Made by a program: the position numbers and the translations under genes. From an uncultured Gemmatimonadaceae bacterium (GTDB lineage Bacteria; Gemmatimonadota; Gemmatimonadetes; Gemmatimonadales; Gemmatimonadaceae), in contig CAVXGK010000001.1 of the NCBI GenBank assembly GCA_963761305.1, positions 1,472,001 through 1,536,000 on the forward strand: DNA of 64,000 nt. The letters are read 5' to 3'. Positions 10,285 to 20,061 of the stretch are shown here, one piece after another. Numbering within the stretch: position 1 is the first letter of the stretch; each line of letters begins with the position of its first letter. Below the pieces are notes generated by a model. It did not search any database and was not told the DNA's origin. It saw only the letters and a list, made by a program, of their open reading frames with translations.

Positions 10285-11075
10285 TCGCGCTCGTCGACAA
10301 CGCGAGCATCGCGTTCGACGACATCGGCTCGGGTTTTCCAGTTGTCTTCCTGCACGCGTTCCCGCTGAACCGTACGATGTGGGATCCGCAGGTGAGCGCG
10401 CTCGTCGCCGAATGCCGCTGCATCGCGATCGACATGCGCGGCGCGGGCGAATCGACGCCGACGCCGCCGTTCTCGGTGGACCGCTTCGCCGACGACGTCG
10501 CGGGCGTGCTCGACACGCTGCAGATCGAGCGCGCGGTGATCGTCGGTCTGTCGATCGGCGGCTACATCGCGTTCGCGCTCTGGCGCCGGCACCGGCGCCG
10601 CGTGCGCGCGCTCGTCCTCGCCGACACGCGCTCGGGTCCAGACACTGTCGCGCAGATCGAACGGCGTCGCACGCTCATCGAGCTCGCCGAGTCGCAGGGC
10701 AGCTCGGCGATCGCCAACGCGCAGATCGCGTCGCTCGTCGGCAAGTCGACGCGCGACAAGCGGCCCGACATCTACGACGCGGTGCACCGCATCATCGCGC
10801 AGTCGCCGACCGAAGGTATCATCGGTGGACTCGAGGCGATGATCGAACGGCCCGACTCGGCGCCGACCTGCAAGACGATCGACGTGCCGACGCTCATCGT
10901 GGTGGGCGACGAGGACGTGGCGACGCCGCCGGACGAATCGCGCGCCCTGCACTCGCAGATCGCCAACAGCCGGCTCGAGGTTCTGCACCAGGCCGGGCAT
11001 CTCTCGAACCTCGAGCGGCCCGCGGCGTTCAATACCGTGGTCGGCGAATTTCTCGCCGGGCTGCTCTACAACTAG
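10281..11075 (+). CDS. Alpha/beta fold hydrolase (PcaD-like)
   Basis: LHAFP, GLSIGG nucleophile elbow, GDED, AGHLSNLE; GTGA overlap. Confidence 0.88.
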   Translation: MIALVDNASIAFDDIGSGFPVVFLHAFPLNRTMWDPQVSALVAECRCIAIDMRGAGESTPTPPFSVDRFADDVAGVLDTLQIERAVIVGLSIGGYIAFALWRRHRRRVRALVLADTRSGPDTVAQIERRRTLIELAESQGSSAIANAQIASLVGKSTRDKRPDIYDAVHRIIAQSPTEGIIGGLEAMIERPDSAPTCKTIDVPTLIVVGDEDVATPPDESRALHSQIANSRLEVLHQAGHLSNLERPAAFNTVVGEFLAGLLYN

Positions 11076-11093
11076 CGGGAACCGGCGGCCGGT

Positions 11094-11717
11094 CTAGCCG
11101 AATCGCTGCTTCAGGCCGAAGACGACGACGAGCGCGACGAACTGCATGAACGTGCTCTTCTCGCTCCGCCAGGCTTCGCCCCAGTGGTGCGGCCCCGGCT
11201 CGCGCACTTTGGGTCTGCGCGCCAGCCAACGCGGCGTCGTCGCCTTGTAGTCGAGGTAGTCTCTACCAAAGATGGATTCCAGCACGCCTTCTTCGTAGGC
11301 GACGATGAAGTAGTACTCGGTCGCGAAGACGATGATGGCGAGCGGTATGAGCCACGCGACGCCGGAGATCGTCACGAAACCCATCCAGATCAGAAAATTT
11401 CCGATATAGAGCGGGTTTCGCACCCAACCAAAGATTCCATACGTCACGAGCCGTTGGACATCGCGCGAACGGCGGCGCGTCACGGTGCCGGCGGCGGCGA
11501 CGCCGGCCAGGCGAATGAACTCGCCCGGCACGATCAACGCGAAGCCGACGATCCAATTCAGGGCGGTCGCGTGAGCGGGAACGAGCAGCGCGAGAAGAAG
11601 AAACGGGACCGGCAGCCAACTCCGCGCGCGAAACAGCGCGCCGCCGATGCGCGCGCTCGTACGCCGTTCGGCCGCCGAGGCCGACGGTTCGCGTGCATCG
11701 AGCGCGGCAGACATCAC
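11094..11717 (-). CDS. Isoprenylcysteine carboxyl-methyltransferase / PEMT family membrane protein
   Basis: LVTYGIFGWVRNPLYIG and EEGVL...FG..Y..Y motifs; multiple TM segments. Confidence 0.82.
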   Translation of the reverse strand: MMSAALDAREPSASAAERRTSARIGGALFRARSWLPVPFLLLALLVPAHATALNWIVGFALIVPGEFIRLAGVAAAGTVTRRRSRDVQRLVTYGIFGWVRNPLYIGNFLIWMGFVTISGVAWLIPLAIIVFATEYYFIVAYEEGVLESIFGRDYLDYKATTPRWLARRPKVREPGPHHWGEAWRSEKSTFMQFVALVVVFGLKQRFG

Positions 11718-11720
11718 GCG

Positions 11721-11984
11721 CTACTTCTGCGGCTTGCCGGGCGGCGTCGCGCTCTTGAAGACGTCGCGGTTGATCTGGATGAACTGCTTCTGGTTCGCGG
11801 GCACATCCTCTTCCGGAAAAATCGCCGTCACAGGGCATTCCGGTTCGCACGCGCCGCAGTCGATGCACTCGTCCGGGTGGATGAACAGCTGCTGGTCACC
11901 TTCATAGATGCAGTCGACAGGACACACGTCGACGCAGGCGCGGTCTTTGACGTTGACGCAGGCTTCCGTGATGACGTAGGGCAT
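11721..11984 (-). CDS. Dicluster Fe-S ferredoxin (FdxA-type)
   Basis: MPYVITEAC...CVDVCPVDCIY...ECIDCGACEPECP. Confidence 0.93.
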   Translation of the reverse strand: MPYVITEACVNVKDRACVDVCPVDCIYEGDQQLFIHPDECIDCGACEPECPVTAIFPEEDVPANQKQFIQINRDVFKSATPPGKPQK

Positions 11985-12037
11985 TCGATGCCTCAAGTGG
12001 TGCTGCGGTGGGAGCTTATACGGCCTAAGTTAGCCCT

Positions 12038-12502
12038 ATGCGGTTTATCGTCAACGGAGCCGAACACGACGTGGCGGCGCCAGGCCACGAGACGCTGCTC
12101 ACCACCCTGCGCGACCGTCTCGCCCTCACCGGGACGAAGCTCGTCTGCGGCCGCGGCGAGTGCGGCGCCTGCACCGTAATGCTCGACGGCGTCTCGGTGT
12201 ACTCGTGCCTCACGCTCACGGCGGCGTGCGCCGACCGACGCGTCGCGACGGTCGAGGGGCTCGCCAACGGCGACACGCTCCACCGCGTGCAGCAGGCCTT
12301 CATCGAACACGACGCGCTGCAGTGCGGATTTTGCACGCCCGGCCAGATCATGGCCGCCGTCGCGCTGCTCAACGAAAACCCGAATCCAACCGAGACCGAA
12401 GTGCGGCGAGGAATGAGCGGAAACCTCTGTCGCTGCGGTACGTATCCCAAGATCGTGCGCGCCGTCCTCGCCGCGGCGGAAACGGAAGCGTCGCATGGCT
12501 AA
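12038..12502 (+). CDS. Xanthine dehydrogenase/aldehyde oxidoreductase family 2Fe-2S subunit
   Basis: CGRGECGACTV and QCGFCTPG...NLCRC motifs. Confidence 0.93.
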   Translation: MRFIVNGAEHDVAAPGHETLLTTLRDRLALTGTKLVCGRGECGACTVMLDGVSVYSCLTLTAACADRRVATVEGLANGDTLHRVQQAFIEHDALQCGFCTPGQIMAAVALLNENPNPTETEVRRGMSGNLCRCGTYPKIVRAVLAAAETEASHG

Positions 12503-14768
12503 GCGCTTCGTCACCACCAAAGTCGAGATCGAAGGGCGCGAAGAGACGAAAATCGTCGAGCTGCCGTCGCGCAATCCGGAGCCGTGGGGAGAGGACGCGA
12601 ATCTCACGATCGTCGGCCAACGCGCTGTCCGCGCCGACGCGCTCGAGAAGGTGACGGGAGTCGCCCGCTACACCGCCGACGTCGACCTGCCGGGCATGCT
12701 CTACGCGGCGATCCTCCGCGCGCCGGCCGCCAACGGCCGCGTCGTGTCGCTCGACGTCTCGCCGGCGCTCGCAATGGCCGGCGTGCGTGGCGCGGTCTCG
12801 CACGACGACATGCCGAACACGAAGCTCGACGGCATTCGGCTGTTCGATCGCGAGATCCACTACGCGAACCAGCCGCTCGCCGCCATCTGCGCCGACTCCC
12901 TCGACGTGGCGCGCCGAGCGATCGACGCGATTCGTCTCGAGATCGTCGAGGCGCCGCACGCGGTGACCGCCGACGCCGCACTCGCGGAAGGCGCGCCCTA
13001 CGTTCGAAAACACGGCAACCTCACGCGCAACTCGCCCGACGTCACCGCGCGCGGCGACGTCGACGCCGGGCTGCGCGACGCCGAGGTCACGATCACGCGC
13101 GAGTATCGCACGCCGGTCGCCCTGCACACGGCGCTCGAGCCACACGGCGCCGTCGCCGATTGGTCGGCCGGACGCGTCACCGTCTACGAGTCGACGCAGG
13201 GCATCTTCAACACTCGGCGCGACCTCGCCGATGCGTTCGACCTGCCGCTCACCAACGTCCGCGTCATCAAGAACTACATGGGCGGCGGATTTGGGGCGAA
13301 GAACGGCGCGTCGATGGGCGCCTACATCGCCGTCGCGCTGTCGAAGCAGACCGGACGACCGGTGCGCTGCATCTACGACCGCGAAGGCGAGCAGACCGAC
13401 GCCGGCAACCGGCCGTCGACCACGCAGCGCGTCACACTCGGCGCCAAGCGCGACGGGACGCTGACCGCGATCGTGCTCGACGCCACGATCGCGATGGGCG
13501 CCGGCGGATACCCCGAGGGGCCGGGCCGCATCTACCACGAGATGTACCGCTGCGCGAACGTGCGCACGACCGAGACGTTCGTCTACACACACACGGGCCC
13601 CCGCGCGTCATTCCGCGCGCCGGGCCACGTCGAAGGCGCGTTCGGACTCGAGCGCGCCATGGACTCATTGGCGCACGAACTGAAGATCGATCCGCTCGAG
13701 CTGCGCCGCCGCAACTACGCGCGCGACGATCAGGAAAAGCAGCGCCCGTACTCGGCGAAGCATCTCGACCAGTGCTACGCGCTCGGCGCCGAACGATTCG
13801 GCTGGGAGCGCGCGCGATCGCGCAAGTCGATGGACGATCGCTTCCGCCGCGGCGTCGGCATGGCGTCGCTCACATGGAACGCCGGCGGCGGACCGCCCGC
13901 CTACGCGACGGTGCGCATCAATCGCGACGGGACGATTGAGGTCCTCACCGGCGCGCAGGACCTGGGCACCGGCGCGCGCACCGTCTTCTCGCAGATCGCC
14001 GCCGAAGTGCTCGGCGCGCGGCTCGAAGACGTGCGCACCATCCTCGGCGATACCGAGCGATTGCCGTTCGCGTCGAACTCGTGGGGCTCGATCACGACGG
14101 CGTCGGTCGGGCCAGCGGTACGCGTGGCCGCGCTCGAGGCGCGCGATTCACTCTTCGAGGCCGCCGCCGAACTGCTCGACTGCAGCGTCGAAGACCTCGA
14201 ATCGCGCGACAGCGAGCTGCGCGACACCAGCACCGACCGCTGCATGCTGTTCAAGGACGTATGCGAACGGCTGGGCGACGTGATGATCATCGGCCAGGGA
14301 AGCCGCGGCCCGAACCCGGACGGAACGGCGATGTCCGCATTCGGCGCCCACTTCGCCGAGGTGGAAGTCGACATCGAAACCGGCCGAGTGCGCGTGCTCC
14401 GCATCGTCGCCGCGCACGACTCCGGCCGTATCATCAACCCGACGTTGGCCGAGGGGCAGCTCGAGGGCGGGATCATTCAAGGATTGGGATATGCGTTGTT
14501 CGAGGAGCGCGTCGTGGACGCGACGCTCGGCGTTTCACTCAATCCGACGATGCACGACTACAAGATCCCGACGATCGGCGACGTTCCGCAGATCGACGCG
14601 TTCTTCATCGACCGCGCGGACCCGGTAGCGAACCACACCGGCGCGAAGGGCGTCGCCGAGCCGCCGATCATTCCTGTGGCGCCGGCGATCGCGAACGCGG
14701 TGGCGGATGCGCTGGGTGTCGAGGTGAACGAGCTGCCGTTGGCGCCGTGGAGGGTGGTGGACCGGTAG
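12495..14768 (+). CDS. Xanthine dehydrogenase family molybdopterin-binding subunit
   Basis: KVTG.ARYTAD, GGGFGAK, FRAPG, QDLGTG, GQLEGGIIQG and KGVAEP motifs. Confidence 0.92.
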   Translation: MAKRFVTTKVEIEGREETKIVELPSRNPEPWGEDANLTIVGQRAVRADALEKVTGVARYTADVDLPGMLYAAILRAPAANGRVVSLDVSPALAMAGVRGAVSHDDMPNTKLDGIRLFDREIHYANQPLAAICADSLDVARRAIDAIRLEIVEAPHAVTADAALAEGAPYVRKHGNLTRNSPDVTARGDVDAGLRDAEVTITREYRTPVALHTALEPHGAVADWSAGRVTVYESTQGIFNTRRDLADAFDLPLTNVRVIKNYMGGGFGAKNGASMGAYIAVALSKQTGRPVRCIYDREGEQTDAGNRPSTTQRVTLGAKRDGTLTAIVLDATIAMGAGGYPEGPGRIYHEMYRCANVRTTETFVYTHTGPRASFRAPGHVEGAFGLERAMDSLAHELKIDPLELRRRNYARDDQEKQRPYSAKHLDQCYALGAERFGWERARSRKSMDDRFRRGVGMASLTWNAGGGPPAYATVRINRDGTIEVLTGAQDLGTGARTVFSQIAAEVLGARLEDVRTILGDTERLPFASNSWGSITTASVGPAVRVAALEARDSLFEAAAELLDCSVEDLESRDSELRDTSTDRCMLFKDVCERLGDVMIIGQGSRGPNPDGTAMSAFGAHFAEVEVDIETGRVRVLRIVAAHDSGRIINPTLAEGQLEGGIIQGLGYALFEERVVDATLGVSLNPTMHDYKIPTIGDVPQIDAFFIDRADPVANHTGAKGVAEPPIIPVAPAIANAVADALGVEVNELPLAPWRVVDR

Positions 14769-14784
14769 ACCGGTAGACCGGTAG
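14756..14784 (+). repeat. 8-bp tandem repeat (CCGGT[G/A]GA), about 3.5 copies, overlapping the xdh stop
   Basis: ggtggaccggtagaccggtagaccggtag read directly. Confidence 0.85.
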
Positions 14785-15090
14785 CTATTTGTGCCACGGC
14801 TTCTTGTCGGCCTTCCGAGGCAGGTCCGGATTCTCGCGATAGAGCGTCGCGGTTCGACCGATCACCTGCACGATGTCCGCGCCGAGCGCCGACGCGAGTG
14901 AGTTCGCGGCGGCCTTCACGTCGGTCTCGGCGTTCTTGCCGAATTGGATCTTCACCAGCTCGTGCGTGCGCAAGTCGTCGTCGATCGTCTGGCGGACGGT
15001 GTCGGTGAGCCCGTGCTGCCCGACGTGAGTACTCGCCGAGAGATGGTGCGCCTCGCCGCGCAACGCGGCCCGCTCTTTGGATGACAGCAT
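14785..15090 (-). CDS. yhbY: YhbY/CRM-domain RNA-binding protein
   Basis: LSSKERAALRGEAHHL...VGQHGLT...HELVKI...VQVIGRTATLYR. Confidence 0.88.
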   Translation of the reverse strand: MLSSKERAALRGEAHHLSASTHVGQHGLTDTVRQTIDDDLRTHELVKIQFGKNAETDVKAAANSLASALGADIVQVIGRTATLYRENPDLPRKADKKPWHK

Positions 15091-15110
15091 GCGGAGAAGT
15101 TATGCCCATC

Positions 15111-15179
15111 CCGGTCCACCGGTCCACCGGTCCACCGGTCCACCGGTCCACCGGTCTACCAATCCACCGGGCCACCCGT
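15111..15179 (-). repeat. 8-bp tandem repeat (CCGGTCCA x5 plus 3 degenerate copies), inverted relative to 14756 array
   Basis: Read directly; reverse complement of the CCGGTGGA array. Confidence 0.9.
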
Positions 15180-15860
15180 ATGATGTACTCGCTCGTGGCG
15201 CACGCCGCCGAGCGCCTCGAACGGATCGATCGGCTCGCCGTCCCAGTACTTGTTGTCGGCCGGCCAGCGCATGACCTGAAAGTGCAGGTGCGGCAAGTCC
15301 TTCGGCGCGTTGCCGGTCGTGCCGACGAAGCCGAGCGTGTCGCCCTTCACGATCTCGCGCCCGGGCGACATCGCGTCGTTGTAATGATCCATATGAGCGT
15401 AGTAGTACACGAGCCTGGCGTCGGGGTCGACCGTGTACATCGAGATGCCGCCTAGCTCGCTCGTCGACATGCGGAGGATCTTCCCGTCGTCGGCGGCGAG
15501 GATCGGCGTGCCGCGCGGCGCGAGGATGTCGATCGCCCGGTGTGTGCGTCCGCCGTCGCGCGGTTCATAGAACGAGTCTTCCACTTTCGACATGTCGGCG
15601 CCGGCCACCGGCATGAGGATGCGCCGGCTCAGCAAGTACGCCACGCCGCTCGTCGTCGATCCGACGACGCCGACGGTCGCGTCCGGAAAGGACGTCGGCG
15701 ACGGCGATGGCGACGAGGTCCGCGGCGCGCGCGACGTCGCGACCGGATTGGACGATGGTCCCGGGTCGGGGTCGGGATAGTACAACGTCGGGCGCGCGCA
15801 CCCGGCCAACGAGCCGAGCGCGACGCCGACGGCGACAGAGAGGAAGTGCGTGCGCATCAT
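15156..15860 (-). CDS. M23 family metallopeptidase, lipoprotein
   Basis: Lipobox LAGC; HRAID (HxxxD), YAHM and PHLHF motifs. Confidence 0.88.
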   Translation of the reverse strand: MMRTHFLSVAVGVALGSLAGCARPTLYYPDPDPGPSSNPVATSRAPRTSSPSPSPTSFPDATVGVVGSTTSGVAYLLSRRILMPVAGADMSKVEDSFYEPRDGGRTHRAIDILAPRGTPILAADDGKILRMSTSELGGISMYTVDPDARLVYYYAHMDHYNDAMSPGREIVKGDTLGFVGTTGNAPKDLPHLHFQVMRWPADNKYWDGEPIDPFEALGGVRHERVHHTGGPVDW

Positions 15861-16082
15861 CGAGTTGACGATTCGCACGCGCGCACGTTGCGCGCCGTCA
15901 TCGTCCGAGAGCGCGGCCGACGGCGGTCGGGCGCGGTCGACCGGCCGCGTGCGGACAGTCCGGTTGCGACCCGATGTGCGGGAACGCGTCTGGCGTTGGG
16001 CGGCCGAGTCGGCGCTTCGCCAATTCAGTGCCTTGCAGGTCGCGCCGAAGCACATGGACGCCGCATCCAGGAGATAGAGAAT

Positions 16083-17183
16083 ATGAACCCACCCTCGCTC
16101 AAACTGGGCACATCCCTCACTGTGGCGACGGTCGCCATCGCGCTCGCGGCGTGCAGCGACAACAACCACGTCGTGAACATCATCACGCCGCTCAACTCCT
16201 TCGTGGTGACGCCGCTCGTCGCCGACCAGGGTTCAGCGGTCACGATCGATCCGAGTCTCATCAATCCGTGGGGCATCGCCTTCGGGCCGACAGGCCTGCT
16301 GTGGGTGGCCAACAACGGAACCGGCACCTCCACGGTGTACAACGGGAACGGGACCAAGGTTGCACTCCATGTGGCGATTCCGGGCGTCAACGGCGGACAA
16401 GGCGTTCCGACCGGCGTGACCCTCAACTCGACGGTGGACTTCGCGGTCGTGGGAATCGGTCCCCAGCCGCTCTCCGCGGTCGGACCGGCCACGTTCATCT
16501 TCGCGGGTGAGGACGGCACGATCTCGGCGTGGAACGCGCAGATACCCGGCGGCAACGCCGTGATCGTCGCGGACCGCTCGGGCGCCGGCGCCGTCTACAA
16601 GGGCGTCGCGATCGCGTCCAACGCCCAAGGCAGTTTCCTGTACGCGACGAACTTCCACGGCAACACGGTGGATATGTTCGATCGCAACTTCACGTTCGTG
16701 AGGTCGTTCACCGATTCGGGCATGACCCTGGGGTTCGCCCCGTTCGGGATCGCGAACATCGGCGGCAAGCTCTTCGTGACGTACGCCAAGCAGCTGCCGC
16801 CGGACAATCATGACGATGAAGCGGGCGTCGGCAACGGCTTCGTGGACGTCTTCAACGCTGACGGTACGCTCGCCAGGCGCTTCGCGTCGAACGGTACGCT
16901 CAATTCTCCGTGGGCGATCGCGCTCGCCCCGTCGAACTTCAGCCGTTTCTCCGGCGACATCCTGATCGGCAATTTCGGCGACGGCTTGATCGGCGCGTAC
17001 GATCCGAACACCGGCGCGCTCGTCGACCAGCTGCGCGACGAGCACGCGAATGCGATCAAGATCGAAGGCCTGTGGGGTCTGGCATTTGGTCCGTTCCCCG
17101 GCTCGACCGTCCTGTACTTCGCGTCGGGTCCGCAGGAGGAATCGCACGGACTCGTCGGCACGTTGACGGTGACGCTGCAATAG
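16083..17183 (+). CDS. TIGR03118-family beta-propeller-like lipoprotein
   Basis: Lipobox LAAC; LINPWGIAF, WVANNGTG, FAGEDGTISAW, LNSPW, GNFGDG and GLWGL blocks. Confidence 0.85.
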   Translation: MNPPSLKLGTSLTVATVAIALAACSDNNHVVNIITPLNSFVVTPLVADQGSAVTIDPSLINPWGIAFGPTGLLWVANNGTGTSTVYNGNGTKVALHVAIPGVNGGQGVPTGVTLNSTVDFAVVGIGPQPLSAVGPATFIFAGEDGTISAWNAQIPGGNAVIVADRSGAGAVYKGVAIASNAQGSFLYATNFHGNTVDMFDRNFTFVRSFTDSGMTLGFAPFGIANIGGKLFVTYAKQLPPDNHDDEAGVGNGFVDVFNADGTLARRFASNGTLNSPWAIALAPSNFSRFSGDILIGNFGDGLIGAYDPNTGALVDQLRDEHANAIKIEGLWGLAFGPFPGSTVLYFASGPQEESHGLVGTLTVTLQ

Positions 17184-17268
17184 TCTACTCATCGGCATGA
17201 GTAGGGGACGACGAGGTCCGGCGCGGACATTCAGATCCGCGCCGGACCTGGTCACGTCCAACACCGAC

Positions 17269-18292
17269 ATGCCGAAAAAAGAATCCGTCGAGTTACTGTC
17301 GATCGACGGGCACGACGTCCGGATCACGAATCCGGACAAGCCTTACTTTTTGCGCGACGTCAAGCTCACGAAGCTCGACGTCGCTCGGTACTATCTGTCG
17401 GTCGCCGACGGCGCATTGCGCGGCATTCGCGACCGGCCGCTGGTGCTCAAGCGATTCGTCGACGGCGCCGAGCAACCGCCCTTTTATCAGAAGCGCGCGC
17501 CGGAAAACCGGCCGGGGTGGCTGCGCACGGTCACGCTCTCGTTCCCGTCCGGTCGTACCGCGACCGAGGTCGTCGTCGACGACACCGCCGGTCTCGCCTG
17601 GGTGGTGAACCTCGGCTGCATCGAGCTCCATCCGCACCCGACGCGTTCGGGCGACGTGGACCATCCCGACGAATTGCGCATCGATCTCGACCCGACGCCC
17701 GGCGTCGCCTGGGACGACGTGCGCCGCGTGGCGATGGAGTCGAAGGCGCTGTTGGAAGAGATGGGGCTCGTCGGCTGGCCGAAGACGAGCGGATCGCGCG
17801 GCATGCACGTCTGGGCGCGCATCGAGCAGAAGTGGCCGTTCACCGAGGTGCGGCGCGCGGCGCTCGCGTTCTCGCGCGAGATCGAGCGGCGCGTGCCGAC
17901 GTTGGCGACGTCCAAGTGGTGGAAGGAAGAGCGCCATGGCGTGTTCCTCGACTACAACCAGAACGCCAAGGATCGCACGATGTGCTCGGCGTATTCGCTG
18001 CGGCCGCTGCCCGACGCGCGGGCGTCGGCGCCGCTTACATGGAAGGAGGTCCCCGACTGCGATCCGGCGGAGTTCACGGCGCTCACGATGCCCGAGCGAT
18101 TCGCGACGATCGGCGATCCGCACGAAGGGATCGACGCGGCGGTCGGGTCGCTCGACGCGTCTGCTCGAGCTGGCGGCGCGTGACGAGGCAACGGGACTAG
18201 GCGACGCGCCGTGGCCGCCGCATTTTAGAAAGGTGGAAGGCGAAGCTCCTCGCGTCGCGCCGTCGCGGGCGAGGAAACGGCCGAAGTCATGA
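17269..18292 (+). CDS. Stand-alone LigD-type primase-polymerase (PolD/Prim-PolC-like); apparent 1-bp frameshift near 18160
   Basis: ITNPDK, FYQKRAP, ELRIDLDP, KTSGSRGMH, LDYNQN and SAYSLR motifs; the expected C-terminus (LLELAARDE...WPPHF) continues in another frame to 18292. Confidence 0.85.
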
Positions 18293-18312
18293 GTCCGCGC
18301 CCGAGGGGGGGA

Positions 18313-20043
18313 ATGCGCCGGATACTCGTAACGCTTTCAACGGTCCTCGCACTCGGCGGCGCGCGGCGCGCTCAGTCCCAAGAGGTGCGTGGGACCGTGC
18401 GCGAAAACGTGAGCCGGCAACCGATTCCGGGCGCCGTCATCTCGTTGCTCGACTCGGCCGGGCGCACCCTCGGGCGCAACATCACCGACGAACGAGGCCA
18501 GTATCGTCTCGGCGCGTCGCCGGCGACCACGCAGCTGCGGTTCATTCGCATCGGATTCCGGCCGTTGACGGTCGCGCTAGCACGATCTGGGACGGGCGTC
18601 GACACCGTGGACGTCGTCATGACGACACTGCCGACGATGCTCGATCCGATGACGGTCAGCGCGAACGGCTGCCCGCGCCGCGACGACGCGGGCGCCGCGC
18701 TCGGATTATTGCAGCAGGCGCGGGCGAGTTTGCTCAACAGCGTCGTCGCGCGCGAAGCGAACCCCGGACGCGTCGTCCGTCTGAGGTTTCAGCGCACGAT
18801 GGATGGCACGAGCGACCGCATCGCTCGACAAGTGGTGAGGGCGGACTCGAGCGACCAGTCGTCGTCACCCTTCAGTGCGGTACGCTCGGCGTCGGAATTC
18901 GTACGCTCCGGATTCGTCAAAGAGGAGGCGGGCGGCAGCGTGTTCTACGCGCCCGACGCGGACGCGCTGCTCGACGACGCGTTCATGGCCGGCTACTGCT
19001 TCCGCCTCGTGGCGCCGGATCGCGACCATCGCACCGAGGTGGGGCTCGGCTTCTCCGCCCCGAATCGCGCGCGCGGCCGCGTGGACATCGACGGCGTCCT
19101 GTGGGTCGACACGACGCAGCGACAGCTGCGGCGACTCGAATTCCTCTACGTGGGCTTGGACCGATCGCTCGCGAGTGCAAACCCCGGTGGGCGCCTGTCG
19201 TTTCACGATATGGCGAACGGCGTCATCATCATCGACCGCTGGTCCCTGCGACTTCCCGGTGTGCGCGAGGACTCGACTTACGACAACCGCACGCAGGCGT
19301 ACACACGGCGACGCTGGCTCGAGGTGCAGGAGACGGGCGGCGAGGTCGCGCACATCGAGTGGCCGTCAGGTCTCGCATGGGACGCGCCCCTCGGGACGCT
19401 GCATCTCACGTTGCTCACGCACGCGCACACGCCCGCCGCCCGGACGCGCGTGTGGCTCGACGGGACGTCTTACGCGCAGCGGGCCGACGCGAACGGCGAA
19501 GTGACGCTCGGGCGACTGCTGCCCGGCCCGTACGAGCTCGTCGTCATCGACAGTCTCCTCGAACCGCTCGGCATCACGCTTCGGACGCCGATCGCGTTCG
19601 TGGCCGTGCGCGACTCGACGTATCGAGCCACGCTCGAGGTCCAGACCGCACACGACTACGTCGCCGATCGGTGCGTCCACGACAGAATGTGGCAGAACAC
19701 AATGCCGCGCCGGCGCCCCGATGCCGTCTGGATGATCGGCCGAGTGCTTGGGCCCGACGGCACGCCATTCGCCGACGCTCGGGCCGTACTCGACGAAGGC
19801 TCTGAAGCACGCCGCGCGCAGCAGGCAGGCGCGAACTTCACGTTGGGCGACGACCGGAGGAAATTGGCGAGCACCGCTACCGGGACGGACGGCATCTTCG
19901 AGCTCTGTCAGGGCCGATTCCTGATCGGAGACAGCGTGATCGTAGCGCTCCGCCATGGTGACGTTCTGACCAACGTGTTCCGGTTCGTGCTCAAAGATTC
20001 GCTGACCGTGCTGCCGTTGCTGCGCGAGGCAAAGCGACCCTGA
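18313..20043 (+). CDS. Secreted protein with carboxypeptidase-regulatory-like (beta-sandwich) domains
   Basis: Signal peptide; VRGTVRE...PIPGAVISL...TDERGQYRL...RIGFRP pattern, repeated later; start uncertain (18289 or 18313). Confidence 0.7.
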   Translation: MRRILVTLSTVLALGGARRAQSQEVRGTVRENVSRQPIPGAVISLLDSAGRTLGRNITDERGQYRLGASPATTQLRFIRIGFRPLTVALARSGTGVDTVDVVMTTLPTMLDPMTVSANGCPRRDDAGAALGLLQQARASLLNSVVAREANPGRVVRLRFQRTMDGTSDRIARQVVRADSSDQSSSPFSAVRSASEFVRSGFVKEEAGGSVFYAPDADALLDDAFMAGYCFRLVAPDRDHRTEVGLGFSAPNRARGRVDIDGVLWVDTTQRQLRRLEFLYVGLDRSLASANPGGRLSFHDMANGVIIIDRWSLRLPGVREDSTYDNRTQAYTRRRWLEVQETGGEVAHIEWPSGLAWDAPLGTLHLTLLTHAHTPAARTRVWLDGTSYAQRADANGEVTLGRLLPGPYELVVIDSLLEPLGITLRTPIAFVAVRDSTYRATLEVQTAHDYVADRCVHDRMWQNTMPRRRPDAVWMIGRVLGPDGTPFADARAVLDEGSEARRAQQAGANFTLGDDRRKLASTATGTDGIFELCQGRFLIGDSVIVALRHGDVLTNVFRFVLKDSLTVLPLLREAKRP

Positions 20044-20061
20044 GGGTGCTCGTGCGGCGTG

